From Azolla caroliniana (Eukaryota > Plantae > Polypodiophyta), in contig JBHGNT010000013.1 of assembly GCA_043228905.1 (NCBI GenBank), forward strand, positions 3,100,001 through 3,164,000: DNA of 64,000 nt, read 5' to 3'. Position numbers and translations under genes: made by a program. This document shows positions 17,521 through 31,748 of this stretch, one piece after another (position 1 is the stretch's first letter; the number at the start of each line of letters is the position of its first letter). The notes under the pieces are model-generated. The model ran no database searches. It was not told the origin of the DNA and saw nothing but the letters and a program-made list of their open reading frames with translations.

Positions 17521-19483
17521 ATGCTGAATATCAGGACACTATGTCAGTTTCAAATGTCACATGAAGGGAAAAATATGCCGGATATGACATCATAATTTGA
17601 TGTTTGTAACACTACATGAAAAACTTAACAAAATTCCAGAAAACTGCATTAGCGAAACTCCCATACAAGAGATCTTTCAGGAAATAGACGTGATGCACAA
17701 TTCCCAGATAACTGCAATGAGGAGAGAAGTTCCATAACAAGAAGCACAATATATGACAGAATACAATCACCTCAGTTATATTTATACATTCACAAAAGTG
17801 CTTGGATCATATAGGTCATGTTGGCCTTTCATAGACAGTAAAATTAAATTCTCTTTCATTCTTTCTTTCTCCCTCTCCCTCCCAATTTGATCATATTTGG
17901 TCTCCCCCAATGGATGTTTATACTATACTCTATCTATCTATCAATCATAAAAAACACACACACATACATATCTAGTTTGTGCAATGGGTTTACATCCATA
18001 TGTATCTACCATAAAAACGTGTGGATATACACACACATACCTGATGGGTTTACCTTCATATCTATCTGCCTGTCTGTCTGTCTATCTATCTAACTATCTA
18101 TCTATCTATCTATGTATCAATCTATCATAAGAAGCTCATGCATACACACACACATACCTGGTTTGTGAGATGAACTTACCTTCATATCTATCTGTCATAA
18201 TAAAAAAACACGCGTATACACAACACATACCTGGTTGATGAGGGTGGTTTAATCTTCAAAACGGAATCTGCTCGTTTCTGCAAAATGATGGAGACCAAAA
18301 AGGTGTCTCCCATGGCAGGAGGTGATTAAATTAGGGTTAGCAAGCCCCCAGCAGTAGGAAAGCATGTGCCATGTGGCATCCCTTCTTCCTCACATAATAA
18401 AAGAGTCGGGGCGGGCGGTACGATCCGAAAGGTACGAGAGATCCCGACTGTTGGCGGTACGATCGGACGGCTCTCTCTCTCTCTCTCTTCACTCGCCAAA
18501 ATCTCCATCTCCCATCGAAGGTGGGCCCCTGGATGATCTTTCTTCCAGGTATTATGAATTGCCAATAGCGAACATTGGACCAGATCACTAGTGGGCCATC
18601 GATGATCTTATTACGAGATATCATCTTGGCGTTAGCACCTCGTTGTGCCAAATCTATTGCTTCGAGGAAAGAGATGTTTGCCGATCAAAGTTGTTCGCGA
18701 TTTTTAAGCTCGCGATTTCTCGATGAGAGGCTAGTCTAATGATTGGAGCAGTTTCTTAGAGAAAGTGTTTCGTACAAAGAAGCAGGTTTGCCAACTATTC
18801 GAGCGAGAGTTATGGTGGTTTCTATGCTTTGGAAGTATGCATTATGTGCTTTTATGCATGAGTTGATGGGTTCACATAATAACTTGTTGGCCATGGGCTT
18901 TTTTAAGCCCCTTTGGGCTTGGACTTACCATCTTAGTCTCGGTCCTATGGGTCAATATATGGCCTCTCAATGGACGCTAAAAATATCTATCTTGATGAGG
19001 GTGAATCTATCGCCATTTGTTGTAACATTCAAGCGCAAATTCTAGTGGTTTTATCCTTGTAGCAAAATATATAATTGTGAATTTACAAAACATGCTTTTG
19101 AATTAGCAATCTTTCAAGGTTTAGTGGTTGATCCTTCTACACACGGGGAGTTGGTTATAGCTCCATGCGATGGTTTTATAGTTGACTTCGTCTACAAGAT
19201 GGTTTCCATTGAGAGTTCACCACAGATTGTGATTGTGAGGAATTGTGTGCAAGGAGTGGATTAGATTGACAATGTTTGGAAAGCAAACTCAAATGTGGTT
19301 TGAGGCAACACATTGTAGCAAAGTGTGATAGCTCATACTCTTGAACATGTTTTGGTAAAATACTTGTGTTACTTATATCAAAATATGCATGGTTGACAAA
19401 TTTCCTTACCGGTGTTCCAACACCCATCTCACAACAAAGAGAATGTGTACTAAGTCATATGGATGTAATGGTGTGGATAGCAA

Positions 19484-19630
19484 ACAAAGGGATGTGCTCT
19501 AGCATGTATCAATTAATGTCATTTCCTCTACTAGATGGTAGACAAAGGGATGGACTCTAGTACGTATCAATGACTATGGTTTCCTCTTGTAAATGATAAA
19601 CAAGGGGATGTGCTCTAACATGTATAATTT
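19484..19630. repeat. Degenerate ~58-bp tandem repeat (~2.5 copies)
   Basis: acaaagggatgtgctctagcatgtat-like units at ~19484, 19542 and 19600. Confidence 0.7.
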
Positions 19631-20532
19631 GTGAACCAAAGAGTTCCATCACAACTAACACAAACAATTTGTTGGCATGTATGTTGCTTGTCCTCTTTTT
19701 AGGAGAATTGTTTTCAACCCTTGGCTTCCTCTAATTTTACAAATTGTTTCTCACCCAAAGGTCATCAAAGTCGAGTTCAAATAGGTTTAAAGATGCATTA
19801 AAAGACAATGGTAAGGTTTATACAATATCTTTAAACCATTTTACATTAGTTTATAAACTTGTGATAGATCATATTAACAATTGGAAGGAGCAATCTTGTT
19901 ATCGTATCAATTCAAGCAAGGAGACACACACAACACCCTCGAGGGGATCTCATAAAGTGTACCCATGTGAACTCAATTGAGGAGACCACCCAATTGAACC
20001 ATTAGGTTCAAGACCAATTCCTTGGTAGTAAAAGTATTATCATCGAATTGCATGCACAAATATCCTAATTAGAAAAACCAATCTAATGAGGGATATCTTA
20101 GCATGCATCATCTCCCAACATCGGATTGTCTAATGTTTGTGAACGTGATTAATGATTTGAGGGTACAAAGCGAGAAAAGTGTGTTAGGAACCTCCTTTTA
20201 GATAATTGGCATATCATTTATTCTTTCCAACTTGAAGAGCACACCTGATTGAAATTGTTTGAGCAACTTTAAAGCATATTGTCAGTTTTATGAAAAACTA
20301 AATTAATTGAATTTATTTTGAGCTTAGCACTCCTCATCAATCAAAGGTAACTAGAAGCCTGTCGATCAAATTTTAGATGGTTGCGCGTTCACATGAATAA
20401 ATAGTCCAGCTCGAGGTTACCTTTCCAAAACTTCATAAAATACAACATTAAATGGGGAATTAATGCTCAACGATCATTGATGGAATCTAATTTAATGGAA
20501 TCCTTTCAAAGCATGCTTCACCAGAATTATCT

Positions 20533-23500
20533 TCACAAGTAGTCATAAATGTCCCCGGCAAGAGCTATTACACTTGACACGATTGCCAATATAAGCATGA
20601 ACCAGGCCACCCATTTCTCTACCCTTGTAGCAATGCCATGAACATCCCTGCAAACATGTTATATTGACATAAAAATGTTTTGCATCTTATTGCCAACCTA
20701 AAACAATGATCGAAGATAAAGACAAATGATGTAAAATCATCTTTGATATATATATATAAGAGAGAAGGACATATATCGTTATCACTTTTGATTTGTTTTC
20801 ACATCACATTGAGATTTCTTTCTGGTAGTACAATGTATTACCAAAACATGTGTTTGTGTGCGTAAATATTGGTGAACGAAGTGTGATTGGAAACATGTGT
20901 TCATTGGGATCAAAATGGTTTTCTCCTCGACTGCATCATGTAGGATCAGATATGTCTACCCTTATTAGCTAGAAAAGGCCACCTAATCCTTAATTTTCAG
21001 TTCAAAACAGCCATGGATATAATTTTCCTTTTGAAACATTATGTGCCTCTCTCAGTAAAGATTTTGGAAATTCCGCAATCTCTCATCCAGCAATAGTCTC
21101 CATGGTATATTATTCCATGAAGTATTTGTTCTTGTAGAATCTGTATTTAAAAGCACATTTCCTACTGCAAAAAGGATTGTCATTTATTCTATGCCATCGT
21201 AGTTGATGGAAGCATTCTAGGAAGCCAAAAGAAAATGTGGATTGGACATACACATTATAGACCTATATGGCATGCAATCCAAAGGTTCAACAAAACATTT
21301 ATGTTAATGTGCCGCCTTTACTTTAAGACGCTTGTCTTGCGTATCAATATCTCTTCTCTTGATGCTGGCTTTCCCTTCCAATACTTTCACAATGTTGTTT
21401 GGAACATGACAAAAGCAATGGTTTAATGGGAATGGAGCATTAAGCAATATGAAAGAGTCCATGCCTCTAAAGGAATGGGTATTCCATTACATTTAAGTGT
21501 GTTGCTACAATCTCATAAGGTTACCCTTGCCACATGTAGCAGAAATAACCAATTTCTTACTATAATGGCAAATTTACCAAAGAGATTCGAAAAGCATGCT
21601 TGGATACTTTCAGATATATATATATATAGAATTTAAAGGTCATATTTTATATATGTGGTTATTAACTTAGTTTTGGCACTTCATTGGGCATAAGACATGA
21701 ATTATATATCGCAACCTGCAACATTATGGTTATTAACCTACTTTTGGCTCTTTCACTCAGGCAATGTTTACATTCTTGTTATGTCTCGTAAGTTATAGAT
21801 GAAAGATAGAAGGGGAGAGCGATCTTGAGAGAGAAAGAGATAGAGACATGGAGTGTGCTATACACCTCATTGCTTTAGGTTTTCACTATATATGGGCATA
21901 GGGTGTCCATACTTGGGCTTCCTAGTTGGCATGGTCTATTAGCCTCATATATCGATCTGTGTGTGTGTGTGTGAGAGACCTTTTCTTTGGACATTTCTAG
22001 TCCTAAGACAGATATGGTAATCTGTTGGTTGTAATAATCTTTTGTGAGGTTTTACCTCACATTCAATGTAACAAAAAAAAACATGTGCATGTGTGGATTG
22101 TGATGATATGCCATTATTGAAATAATTCGAAAAAAGTTCAAGTCGATATGTAGGGAAGCTAGCAATACCTCAGCACCAGGATGGCAGGAATGATGAAGGC
22201 TATCAAAGCTCCAACTGTAGATCCAGTAATCTGGAAGGCATCCCATATGTCCGGAACATAACAAGCAACAACCCAAGAGATCCCAATAACACATAGAGTA
22301 AGTGAGATGAATCTCCGATTGTCGAGTGCAAGTGGCTTAGCAGCCCGAGGGAACAGAAGGCTGTCGAGAATCAATCGGAGTGAGAAATGAATCAAAGGAA
22401 AAACAAGCATGATATGGAGAGCATAGCCAACTCGAACCATATCTGCAAATACTTTACTATATGGTACTCCAAGATCTGCATCGAAATTGGATAACACATC
22501 GCTCAATGTGTCATCCCCAAATAACAGATACCCAAATACACTGGTTGCCATGAATATGCTTGCACAGAGAGCTAGGGATGTTCGAATCACGAACTTTTGG
22601 TTTATATCCTTCTCTAGCTCATTCAAGATAGGATGAACTGTAATAACACATCAACATCAAATTCAAAGTTTGGCTTCTTTCACATTATTTCCTTAAGATG
22701 TGGAAATGAGCTCATAATCTTTTACCACAGTGATGGCAAATGTATGCCATGACTACAACTGGAACCACGGAGAAGTAATTAAACACCGAATATTGGCTAT
22801 CACCAAAATCAGGAAAAAGCTTTGGAAAGTTGAAATTTCCATAAATTATCCTCCAGATTGCAACTATTGCTGTGACGACGACAAAGAAGATGGCCAGCAC
22901 AACTGATAAGGCTGATGATAGGCTGAGCGAATCTGAAACATGTGGTCATATATGCTGTATTTAGAGTAAATTGTACAAATTCTGGAAGACTTTCCTGAAC
23001 ATTACCATTAAATGATTACTTGGTCAAGCCCATCAAACATGCATGTGGATCCTAATATGTTTCTACGACCTACTATTGCCACAATTATAATCAATACACA
23101 ATTCGTAAGATGTTTCCTTTTGTTACATACGTACATACATTTTTTCTTTTTGGTATACATCATAGCAGCGATCATCAAAGTAGATCATGAATAGGGTTTA
23201 AAAAACATAAGAGACTTCAGGGTTTGCATTGGTATGATGACATACATACCAACATGGCGAAAAAATGACAATGGAGTGAGGACAAAAACGGTTGTGAAAA
23301 GCATGACAATTTCACGCCCATTCCACCATGTTTGGGCACCCGCCCATTCCTCCAGAACTCCTGAGTGATGCACTGAAGATGAAGTTGAGCCTGAAAGGAC
23401 GTCCCCTGAACCCACGAATAAGAGAGGAGTCAAAAAAAACAAACTATAATCAATGGCTCAGAAAAACGAGAGGCAAAAAGAGTGATAAAAATTTGATGTT

Positions 23501-24277
23501 TCGAATTAAGTGGTTTCCTGATGCTATGCCTTCAAAATCTTTTCCTCTCTAACCAGCCTTCTCAAATCTCTTTGTTTTCACTCTTATCTAATCGTCAGGA
23601 AACTGAAAGTATCTTAATATTAATTACCTTGATTTAATATCTAATCTCTTAACTTTAATCACTCTAGTTCCAAGCCCCACCATCAGTAAGATCAAGAAAA
23701 ATTACTTCATTTAATTTCTAACTCTTTACTTCAATCACTCTGGATCCATGACACAATTAGTAAGATCAAGAAAAATTATTTCATTTAATTTCTAACTCTT
23801 TACTTCAATCACTCTGGATCCACGATACAGTTAGTAAGATCAAGAAAAGCAATTGCCGAGACTACTATCAAAGATGGGATGAAAAAGAAAGTTCTTACCC
23901 ATGATAATAAGGTAGATAACAAGTAGGCCAAAATTGAAGATAATGATGCATATCTGGGAGAGGATCTGACCCGTCCTGCCAAAGGTATCGGCCACAACAG
24001 CACTGTATGTGGTAGCTCTTGCTGGGGCTGAGTATTTGAGAAGGAAATCAACCGAAGCATCTGTTAGAACACCTGTAAACATGATAAGGACAAGTCCGGG
24101 AATCAAACCAGTAATCAATATTGTGGCTGGTAATGCCATAATCCCTGCCCCGACAATACTTGTCGATATGCTGAATACCCCACTTGAGAAACTCGCAGAC
24201 TTATAGCCATGATTGTGTTCGGTTTCGCCATGCTTTTGTAGAGGTAAAAATGGTGAGTTTGTCTCTGAATTTGACAT
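20533..24277 (-). CDS. AVT6: Amino-acid transporter, AVT6/SLC38 (Aa_trans) family, ~441 aa, 5 exons
   Basis: Exons: 24277-23899, 23405-23250, 22932-22726, 22637-22169, 20647-20533. All GT-AG and in frame. Motifs FSISTSIVGAGIMALP, GDVLSG, AYICH..VHPI, FGYLLFGDDTLSDVLSNFD. The last exon (DVHGIAT...DIYDYL*) is not in the ORF track. Confidence 0.92.
23630..23848. repeat. 74-bp tandem repeat in transporter intron 1
   Basis: agtaagatcaagaaaa at 23685, 23759 and 23833, with a degenerate partial unit upstream. Confidence 0.85.
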
Positions 24278-27200
24278 CCTTCTTCTTCTTACTCTTCTTT
24301 CTCTGATATTGTCTCCCTCAAGCAAGCTTATTAATTATATTTCATGAAAGTCTAGCTCAATCTTGGTTCCTTGGTTCTTTTTTTCTATTGTCTTTCAACA
24401 TACATTGTTCATTTACGAAAGAAAAAAAAAAAGAATTAGCTGGAATCTTGTTCTTTCCCCTTTGTTCCTCTGAAGGTGGCTTCGGAGAATTTTTTTTTTT
24501 TTATCTACATGGATTTCTTTTGGTGAGCCCACTTGATCACGCCATATCTGATGCAGAATAGCTCGTCTTTTTAGTTTAGCTTCACGAGTTGTTCTGCATC
24601 AAAACCTGCTCAAATTTCAAAGTTGGGGCTGCATCAAAAATGGATGGAAATCATCAAAAAAAATAAAAATAATAATAAAACATGATTCAAGGAACTCCGG
24701 GTGAGATTTCTGCAATTGGGTTGCAAGAAAAAGATCATCAAAAAGAAACTAACCAGAAAGTTGCAGTGATCTTCCCAAATTAAGAAAATGAATGAACCCA
24801 AAAGATGCGGCATCTTTCCAAGGGATAGGAGAAGAAGAAGAAGAAGAGACAGACAGGGACAGGAGGAAGAAGCAAATAGAATTTGTGGAATGAAAAAAAA
24901 AAAAGAAAAAGGGCCCAAATCCAAATCGCCCACAAACACTTTCATTCATTTTACATTAAATATGTGTTAAATAGTTATCACTAAAATTAGGAACTCACAA
25001 TGATTGGGAGAGAAAGAAGCACTCTGGGCCCCGAATCCGGAAAACCCAACAACCCGACCATCTATCTCTCTATATGTCTATCGAATCGATTGTCCGTGTG
25101 AAACCCCGACATTTGATATCGGAAAAAAAAACACGGACTGTAACCAATGAAAACAGTTGGGCGCCCATTCGCTAGGAAACACACTGGTTGGTTGCATAAC
25201 TCTCCTGCCCAGGATTCCTTTTTTGTGGTGTGTGGTATTGAATAGAATTGCTAGTGAGCAGTCATGAAGAGTAACCCAATGAGAACATTTGCGCCCATTC
25301 ACTAGGAACAGAATTCTGTTCGCCAGATGCATAGCTCTTCTGGCTTTACAAGATGTCCCTCTCCCTACATATGATAGGACAAGTAGATAAAGGAGACTAA
25401 GAAGTTGTAACAAGTGGATTCTACATATAAATTGTTTTCTTTTTACGTGTGCGCACCACTTTGTATGGCAGTTACAGTATAGACTCTTGAGAGTTTGTAA
25501 ACGACATTATTGAGTTCTTCTCAATGAAGTATTAGGGATGAGCATAGGAGGTCGTTTCCCTTGCCCCTAATATCTAGGCCTCCCTATGCTCTTCGGAATT
25601 AGGCCAAGGTGGCAATACTAGAATGACAATTTAGTATAAATCCATGCTTTATATTGAATTGTCGTTTTAGTATTGCCACCCTGGCCCTACCCTAATTCAG
25701 TAAAAAATTTGAAGCTCTTTTTTGGAAAAGGGAGACCACTTTTGGTCCTATAGACCTTTTGCATTCTCCTTTTCTAATTTGTATTTCAACCAAACAATGG
25801 CAATAAAATATACATCAAGTACGCAAGGGGGGCTTCTGGAAAAAAATGACAGTTGGATGTGATTCTACAAAAGATCATGTACATAACTATAAGGAGTCTT
25901 TTTACGTAAAAGTGGGTTGACTAGATGCAATGAATCTAAATTAGAATTTGTTCACTACGCATGTAGGGAATATCAATGTTAGGATGTGCATAACCATCAT
26001 CCAAAATGTTTTCTTATGTACAAAAGGAAATTTGAAATTTCGATACAATAGGAAAAGAACATTTTGGCAACAAAAGGGCATGTAAGGATTTTATAAGTTA
26101 TATGAATGGATTGATGACTTCAAAATAATCCATGTCTAGATTTCTATAAGTTGTTTAAGCTTGTTACATGTCAAGGTCAATGTTGCCATTCTCATCTGTA
26201 ATGTTGAATTCTCAAAATAATGGCCCCCATGTGGTAAAGAAAAGCCATTCTATTTGAAATGTGCTTAATTGGATATGTGATCATTAGGGGTTAATTCACA
26301 ATGTAAATTATTATTCTTAAATACAGTCATAAGTTGGTCAATCATTAAATTGACATGAGCTTAAAACATTAATTAGGTTTAAAAAAACTTAGTTCAACAT
26401 CAATCTTTAATCGTTTGGCTTGAATGCAATTTGTTAATCACTTGGTTTTTGAAGCATTTTATGTTCTCCCGTGAGTTATATATTTTGTGACAATAACTTG
26501 GACGGTTATTCTTTGAGGTTTCAAGTTCGAGCTTCGATACCCACTTGTTGACATTTTGGAATTTAATTGGGGGATCTTACATAGCTAAATTACGAGTCTT
26601 GGGCCCAATACCTAGATAATCTTTGGAAACTTGGAGGTATGCCGCATCAGATATTTTGTCTCCATTTAGATTCAAAATAGCCATACAATGGCATTCCTAG
26701 AAGCACAACTTAGCAAAATATCTACAAGAATGTTATGATATTCATGCCTCTCCATCCCCACAACAAAATAGGAGTCCCTTGCATGGAAGGTTTAGTGGAG
26801 TTGCGTCATTTTCAAGTTTTTTTTGTTCCCATTTGTGCTTTATACTTCTTGTGCACTCATTGGCATGTTACTTTTCATTACTTATATTTTCTTATCATTG
26901 TAAGGTAACATATTCATCTATCTATGAGGTTAAAGTAAATAATGCACAAGATTCATGCCTCACGGCCCACGAGAATGTTATTAACTCTAACCCTCTACTT
27001 TTCTTGTTTAGAATAAAGAAAACATGAAATTTGTGATGTGAAGTGCACTCACTTAGTCCAATAATAGTTATTCAAGTATAAAAGGAGGTAGGGCGTTAAT
27101 GAATTTGCTAAGTTTGAGCAAAGTTAGGAAGAATAGTACAAGAAACATGTAACTATGACTTATGGATCAAGTCAATCTTAAGATAAAGCCTCAAAAGAAA

Positions 27201-27599
27201 GTCCCATCTTCAACTATGCTTAACCATTTGAAGACTCACTACTAGATACCAATCCACAAATTTCTTACTATTATTGACAAACAACACTTGTCTCAATTCT
27301 TAACATAAACTCACCAGAAAAGTTTAGTCAAATAAAATCAAGGCACAAAGGTAGTTGAGCACATGAAACCAACATTGCATTAAAAATTGGTATGAACACT
27401 GAAAAGGAGCCTCTATGGCTTGAAATGAACATCTCGAGAGTCATGCAAGAATTTTGATATCCTTATTTAGTCAAATTGTTATGTGCATAACCATGACTAA
27501 TCATGAGATAAGTTTTCCATAGTTTCCCAAATCTTATAATGAGTATGTATGGGCTAATTTTGAAATGAGTGAGGGTATGAATTGAATTACAATTATTTG

Positions 27600-28490
27600 G
27601 TGTGAGATACCTATTAAACATGTTATCACTTGACCACTTCACATGAAGTAGTCAAGTGTGTGACATGGCCTAACTAGCTTTCTTCTTGTATAAGAATGCT
27701 AGATACCTTCTGTTAAGCGCTTGGTTAACAACACAACCAATCATGAATAAGAGTGCATCAACAAGGACGTAGTATGTGTTGAAGGACCTACAAAGAGGAA
27801 AAGAAGCAAAGAGGCGTCCAAGTGTGAAAGGCCCATACCCTAAACATGAATGCTATATAAACCACATAGTAGTGGCTTTGTAAGGGTTCTCCCATTTTGT
27901 AAAGATCTCCTTATTGATTAAGAGCTAGAGCTTCCTCTCCTCCTCCTTGTAACTTTTAAGCTTAAGAGAGATTAGTGAAGTGTTTAGTTAGAGAACACTA
28001 ATCCCTCTTCCTTGTTGGTGCTAGACCTCTTAGCAAAGAGGGTTAATAAACATATTCATTACTCTTGTTGTCTACATTCATTACCCCATTGTCTATGAGA
28101 GCGAGTGAGAGAGATACCGTGCTTAATAATCTATTAATCGATAAGTGAGTGTGAGGTTCGGAGGTGTCCGACAACCATCTCCGCCCGATTCGCCATCAAA
28201 AGGGTATACGCCGGTCCGAACCCCGCAATGACATCGAGGAGCTTACTCCATCGATACATAGATCCTTCACACCTTCTTCTAAAGGGAGGACTTGACCTAT
28301 ATCGATGTGGTCCTTGTGTAACCAAGTTAAGACCCACATCAACACTCTATGATATGAGATTTTGGATCCATATCACATCGTCGCTAGGAGATAGTTGGGT
28401 GGTATGGCACCCCCTTCTTCCTATCAATGGTCTATAGCTCCTTATATTTTGCATTCTAATTAAATAGTTTCTAATAGTTAGTATCAAAGT
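27600..28490 (+). mobile_element. Degenerate LTR with tRNA-iMet primer-binding site
   Basis: TATA (gctatataaa ~27852), aataaa (~28045), then ctaata-gttagtatcaaagt, read as a decayed LTR end plus TGGTATCAGAGC PBS at ~28478-28490. The 5' boundary is uncertain. Confidence 0.55.
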
Positions 28491-30646
28491 ATAGTATTTT
28501 TTTCATGTTTTCACTTGTTCTTTTTCTTATGATCCGGGAAGCAATGAACAAGGCACAACCTCTCAATCGAGACTAGAAAACATATACATAACCTTGCATC
28601 ACATCAACGTGCAATTCGGGGTCTCAATATGGGAATTAAATAACCAAAACCACCTTTGTGGGCACATTGTTTGCATTTCATTTGTGTAATTGCATGTGCA
28701 AAGAATGCCTCATGGTAGACAACATGGTTGAGCCTCGAGGAGTTGCCATGAACATTCGCATAGGATCAAGAAAAGACATCATATGTCACCTTTATGGTTT
28801 TTAAAACACATTAGTTTGCCATAGTACCGTGATTTTCAGAACTTATATTGTATGTCTAGAGGGGTATCTACTTCAAATGCCTCACAATAGAGGACCTAAT
28901 CGGAGACAACACATGAACACACCTTTATTGTTATTTCCTACCGCGGCATATTCACATATACTTAGATATGTCATACATATTCACATTGGTGGTATTTTCA
29001 ATAAAGATATTGACAAAACCCGAATATGAGATTTCAATTAGTTATAAACATACTTTGTGGATGAACCATCAAAACCCTTGGGTTATATTCCTAATCAATC
29101 ACAACTTGTTTGGAATACACCGGGTTCTTTGAAACAACTCTAAGAAACTTAGTCTTCAATGTGTATAGAAAAGAAGTCACACTAAACAATAATGCCAACT
29201 CTTGCAAAAGCATTAAGAGCAAAGGACCATGTTTATAGACCTTTGCTCAATCTTGATTTCTTGAGGCTCATATTGAGCATTTAAGTAACTTCCCAATCTT
29301 GTCAATCTCACAAAGACTGAATAATTTGCTTCCTTTGAATGGACTTATCAACAAGTGTTCATTGTAATCCTTGTTTCACTATAGTAGCACTTTATTCAAT
29401 GTGTTATAGGCCATCTATTTCTACCCTTTTTGTACATCTTTTTCTCAAAGTATTCTAGTTCCCAAGGAATGAATATTGGTTGATACTCTTATTAGAGTTT
29501 TGAGATGTTTTTCAAACAATTGCCATTAGGCCAACACCCACACGTAATATTAATCATAATCTCAATCCTATTTCTATTCTTTTGTATCAACTTACCCAAT
29601 CCAAAGAAGATGAGATCAATTCCCAACTTGAGGATTGCTTAATAATTAGACAATCCTATTAGATGTAAAATATAATAAATGTTTGGTTAAGTGCACACTT
29701 TGATCTCGTGGAAAAAGTGCACACTTAACCAAACCGTGTACTTGGGGTTTTTTATGTGAATTTTTTATGCAAAAAGTTTCTCTTTGCAACATTGAAGAAA
29801 ACGCAACTCCCAAAACCACTCTAATTGCTTTCACAACAGGGATCAAACCCCTGTAACCTCTCTAATCACTCCCACACTGCAGCTTACATTGGTAATAACA
29901 TCAAGCTTCTCCTAAATATTTGAATCAATCTAAAATCAAATTAGAAAGGCAATTACAGAAGATTAATAGTTTGAACTCAAATTAGCATTACAAAATATTG
30001 ATACGCTTGAATCAAACTAACATTATGAAAGATTGATTTGCTTGGGTTTTATGTTGAATATGGAAAATAGAGGATGCTTGGTCATCGTAAATGTGGTGGT
30101 ATATTGGATGCATGTGATGACCCAAATGTGGTATCTGGATATGTTGAATATGAACTTGATGAGGAAGATTGATTTGGTTTGAACATATGCAAATTCATGG
30201 TATGTTTAAACTATTGAGGAAGTGCTCAATCAAGTCTATCAAACGAAGGTTTCATGGCTAGCTATTGTCTTACATAAGACGGGTTGGGGAAGAATAATCA
30301 CTTTCTTTCCCTTATTTTGTATTTTGTAGCTGATATGCTTTTTAAAACTAATGGAAGGATATGTTTTCTTTATAAAAAAAAACATTATGAAAGACTAAGA
30401 ATTAGAGAATATTAATAGGCAATTAATCTTACAAAAAAGTAATAAATAATGAAGCTTCAAGGATCGTGTAGCATTAGCATTGAAGTGTTCAAAATGAAAA
30501 TCTAATTTTGGGGCGAAAATGTTTTCATTTTGTGTAAAATGACAACGTGTGCAATCATGTTTTGCATGCATCAATAGAGAAGAGTAATTTTGGGGAAATA
30601 GACCAAGGGAACAAAGTTCCATGCATTTACACACAAAGGATAATAG

Positions 30647-30905
30647 TTTTGAGGTAGACAAGTATGTCGAAAATGCCACTGCGATTGATAATAAGCTTAC
30701 TTTGCCTATGAAAAGCCTCAAACTAAAAGAAAGAAAGCACTAAATTATCACTCATTTTGAGCTTGTGTTGATTTTTGAGGTAGACAAGTACATATGTTGA
30801 AAATGTCACTGCAATTGATAATAAGCTTACTTTTGCCTATGAAAAGCCTCAAACTAAAAATTTAAAAAAAGCACTAAATTGTTAGTGATTTTGAGCTTGT
30901 GTTGA
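30647..30905. repeat. ~127-bp direct tandem duplication
   Basis: tttgaggtagacaagta...ttttgagcttgtgttga occurs twice. Confidence 0.9.
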
Positions 30906-31289
30906 CCTTACCTTGAGGCACTCATATTAAGTAGAGTTGTAATGTTAATGGAAAGGAAATTCAAGGAATGCTTGTTTCCAAATTTTAGTATGCATCATTA
31001 TGGACATTTTAAAGATTTTAGATAAGATAAGTGATGTAGCTTATCTTGTTAAGGTACTTGAAAATGATGAGTGTTTTGGGTTGAAAAAGCGTCCGACAAG
31101 GCCTTTGACCAAACCTTTCAGCCCTCCCATTTCTCAAAACCTTTGGCCTTCCTATCTTGCTTGACAAACCTTTGGTTCCACTAAGTACGTGTAGTATACT
31201 TGTTTGTAGTTTCCATTCTTTAAAGAGCATAAATATCCGCATTTTTGAATGGCATGAGACACACTCACCATTAGCAATGGGCCCGGTTC

Positions 31290-31748
31290 TGATGAGCGCA
31301 TAGGCTCAGACACGATACTCCTTCGGACCTGTCGCAGGACTCTAGACGATCAGCACACGGGCCCAGAGACTTAGTTAAACACACAAGTGAAGGAAAACAG
31401 AAGATGAGAATGTGAACAGAAACAAAGAGAGACACTCAATGTCACACAGAGATCCGGATAGCAATAAAGGGGATCGATTAGTCAGTAGCAAAGAGAAATA
31501 CAACTGGGCACGGCCGGTAACAGAGCTTCGATCTCTTAACACACACACACGCAAGCACTAGTGAGCCTCTGATCAGGAGCACACGGGCTTCCGACACGAA
31601 ACAGAGGCCTCACCCTACAAGAGACGGAAACACAGAACAAAAAATGAGCATCCGACTCAACAATCTGACAACACTTCCTCCTCCAAAACATGGATTCCCA
31701 CAACACTTCAAACCCTCCCCTTTTATAGCACAAGGGGAGGCCGTTACA
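31290..31748 (-). mobile_element. LTR-like fragment
   Basis: The minus strand reads tgtaacggcctcccc-ttgtgctataaaagggg (TG start, TATA) followed by a CT/GT-rich, U5-like stretch. No TSD found. Confidence 0.45.

Noticed and set aside
29000-30300. Possible DNA-transposase remnant (VLGVAFSS..RETF)
   Set aside because: The motif similarity is too weak to support without a search.
31281-31320. Possible third hammerhead (ctgatgagcgcataggctcagac)
   Set aside because: No GAAA core after the stem, and no stem I or III pairing.
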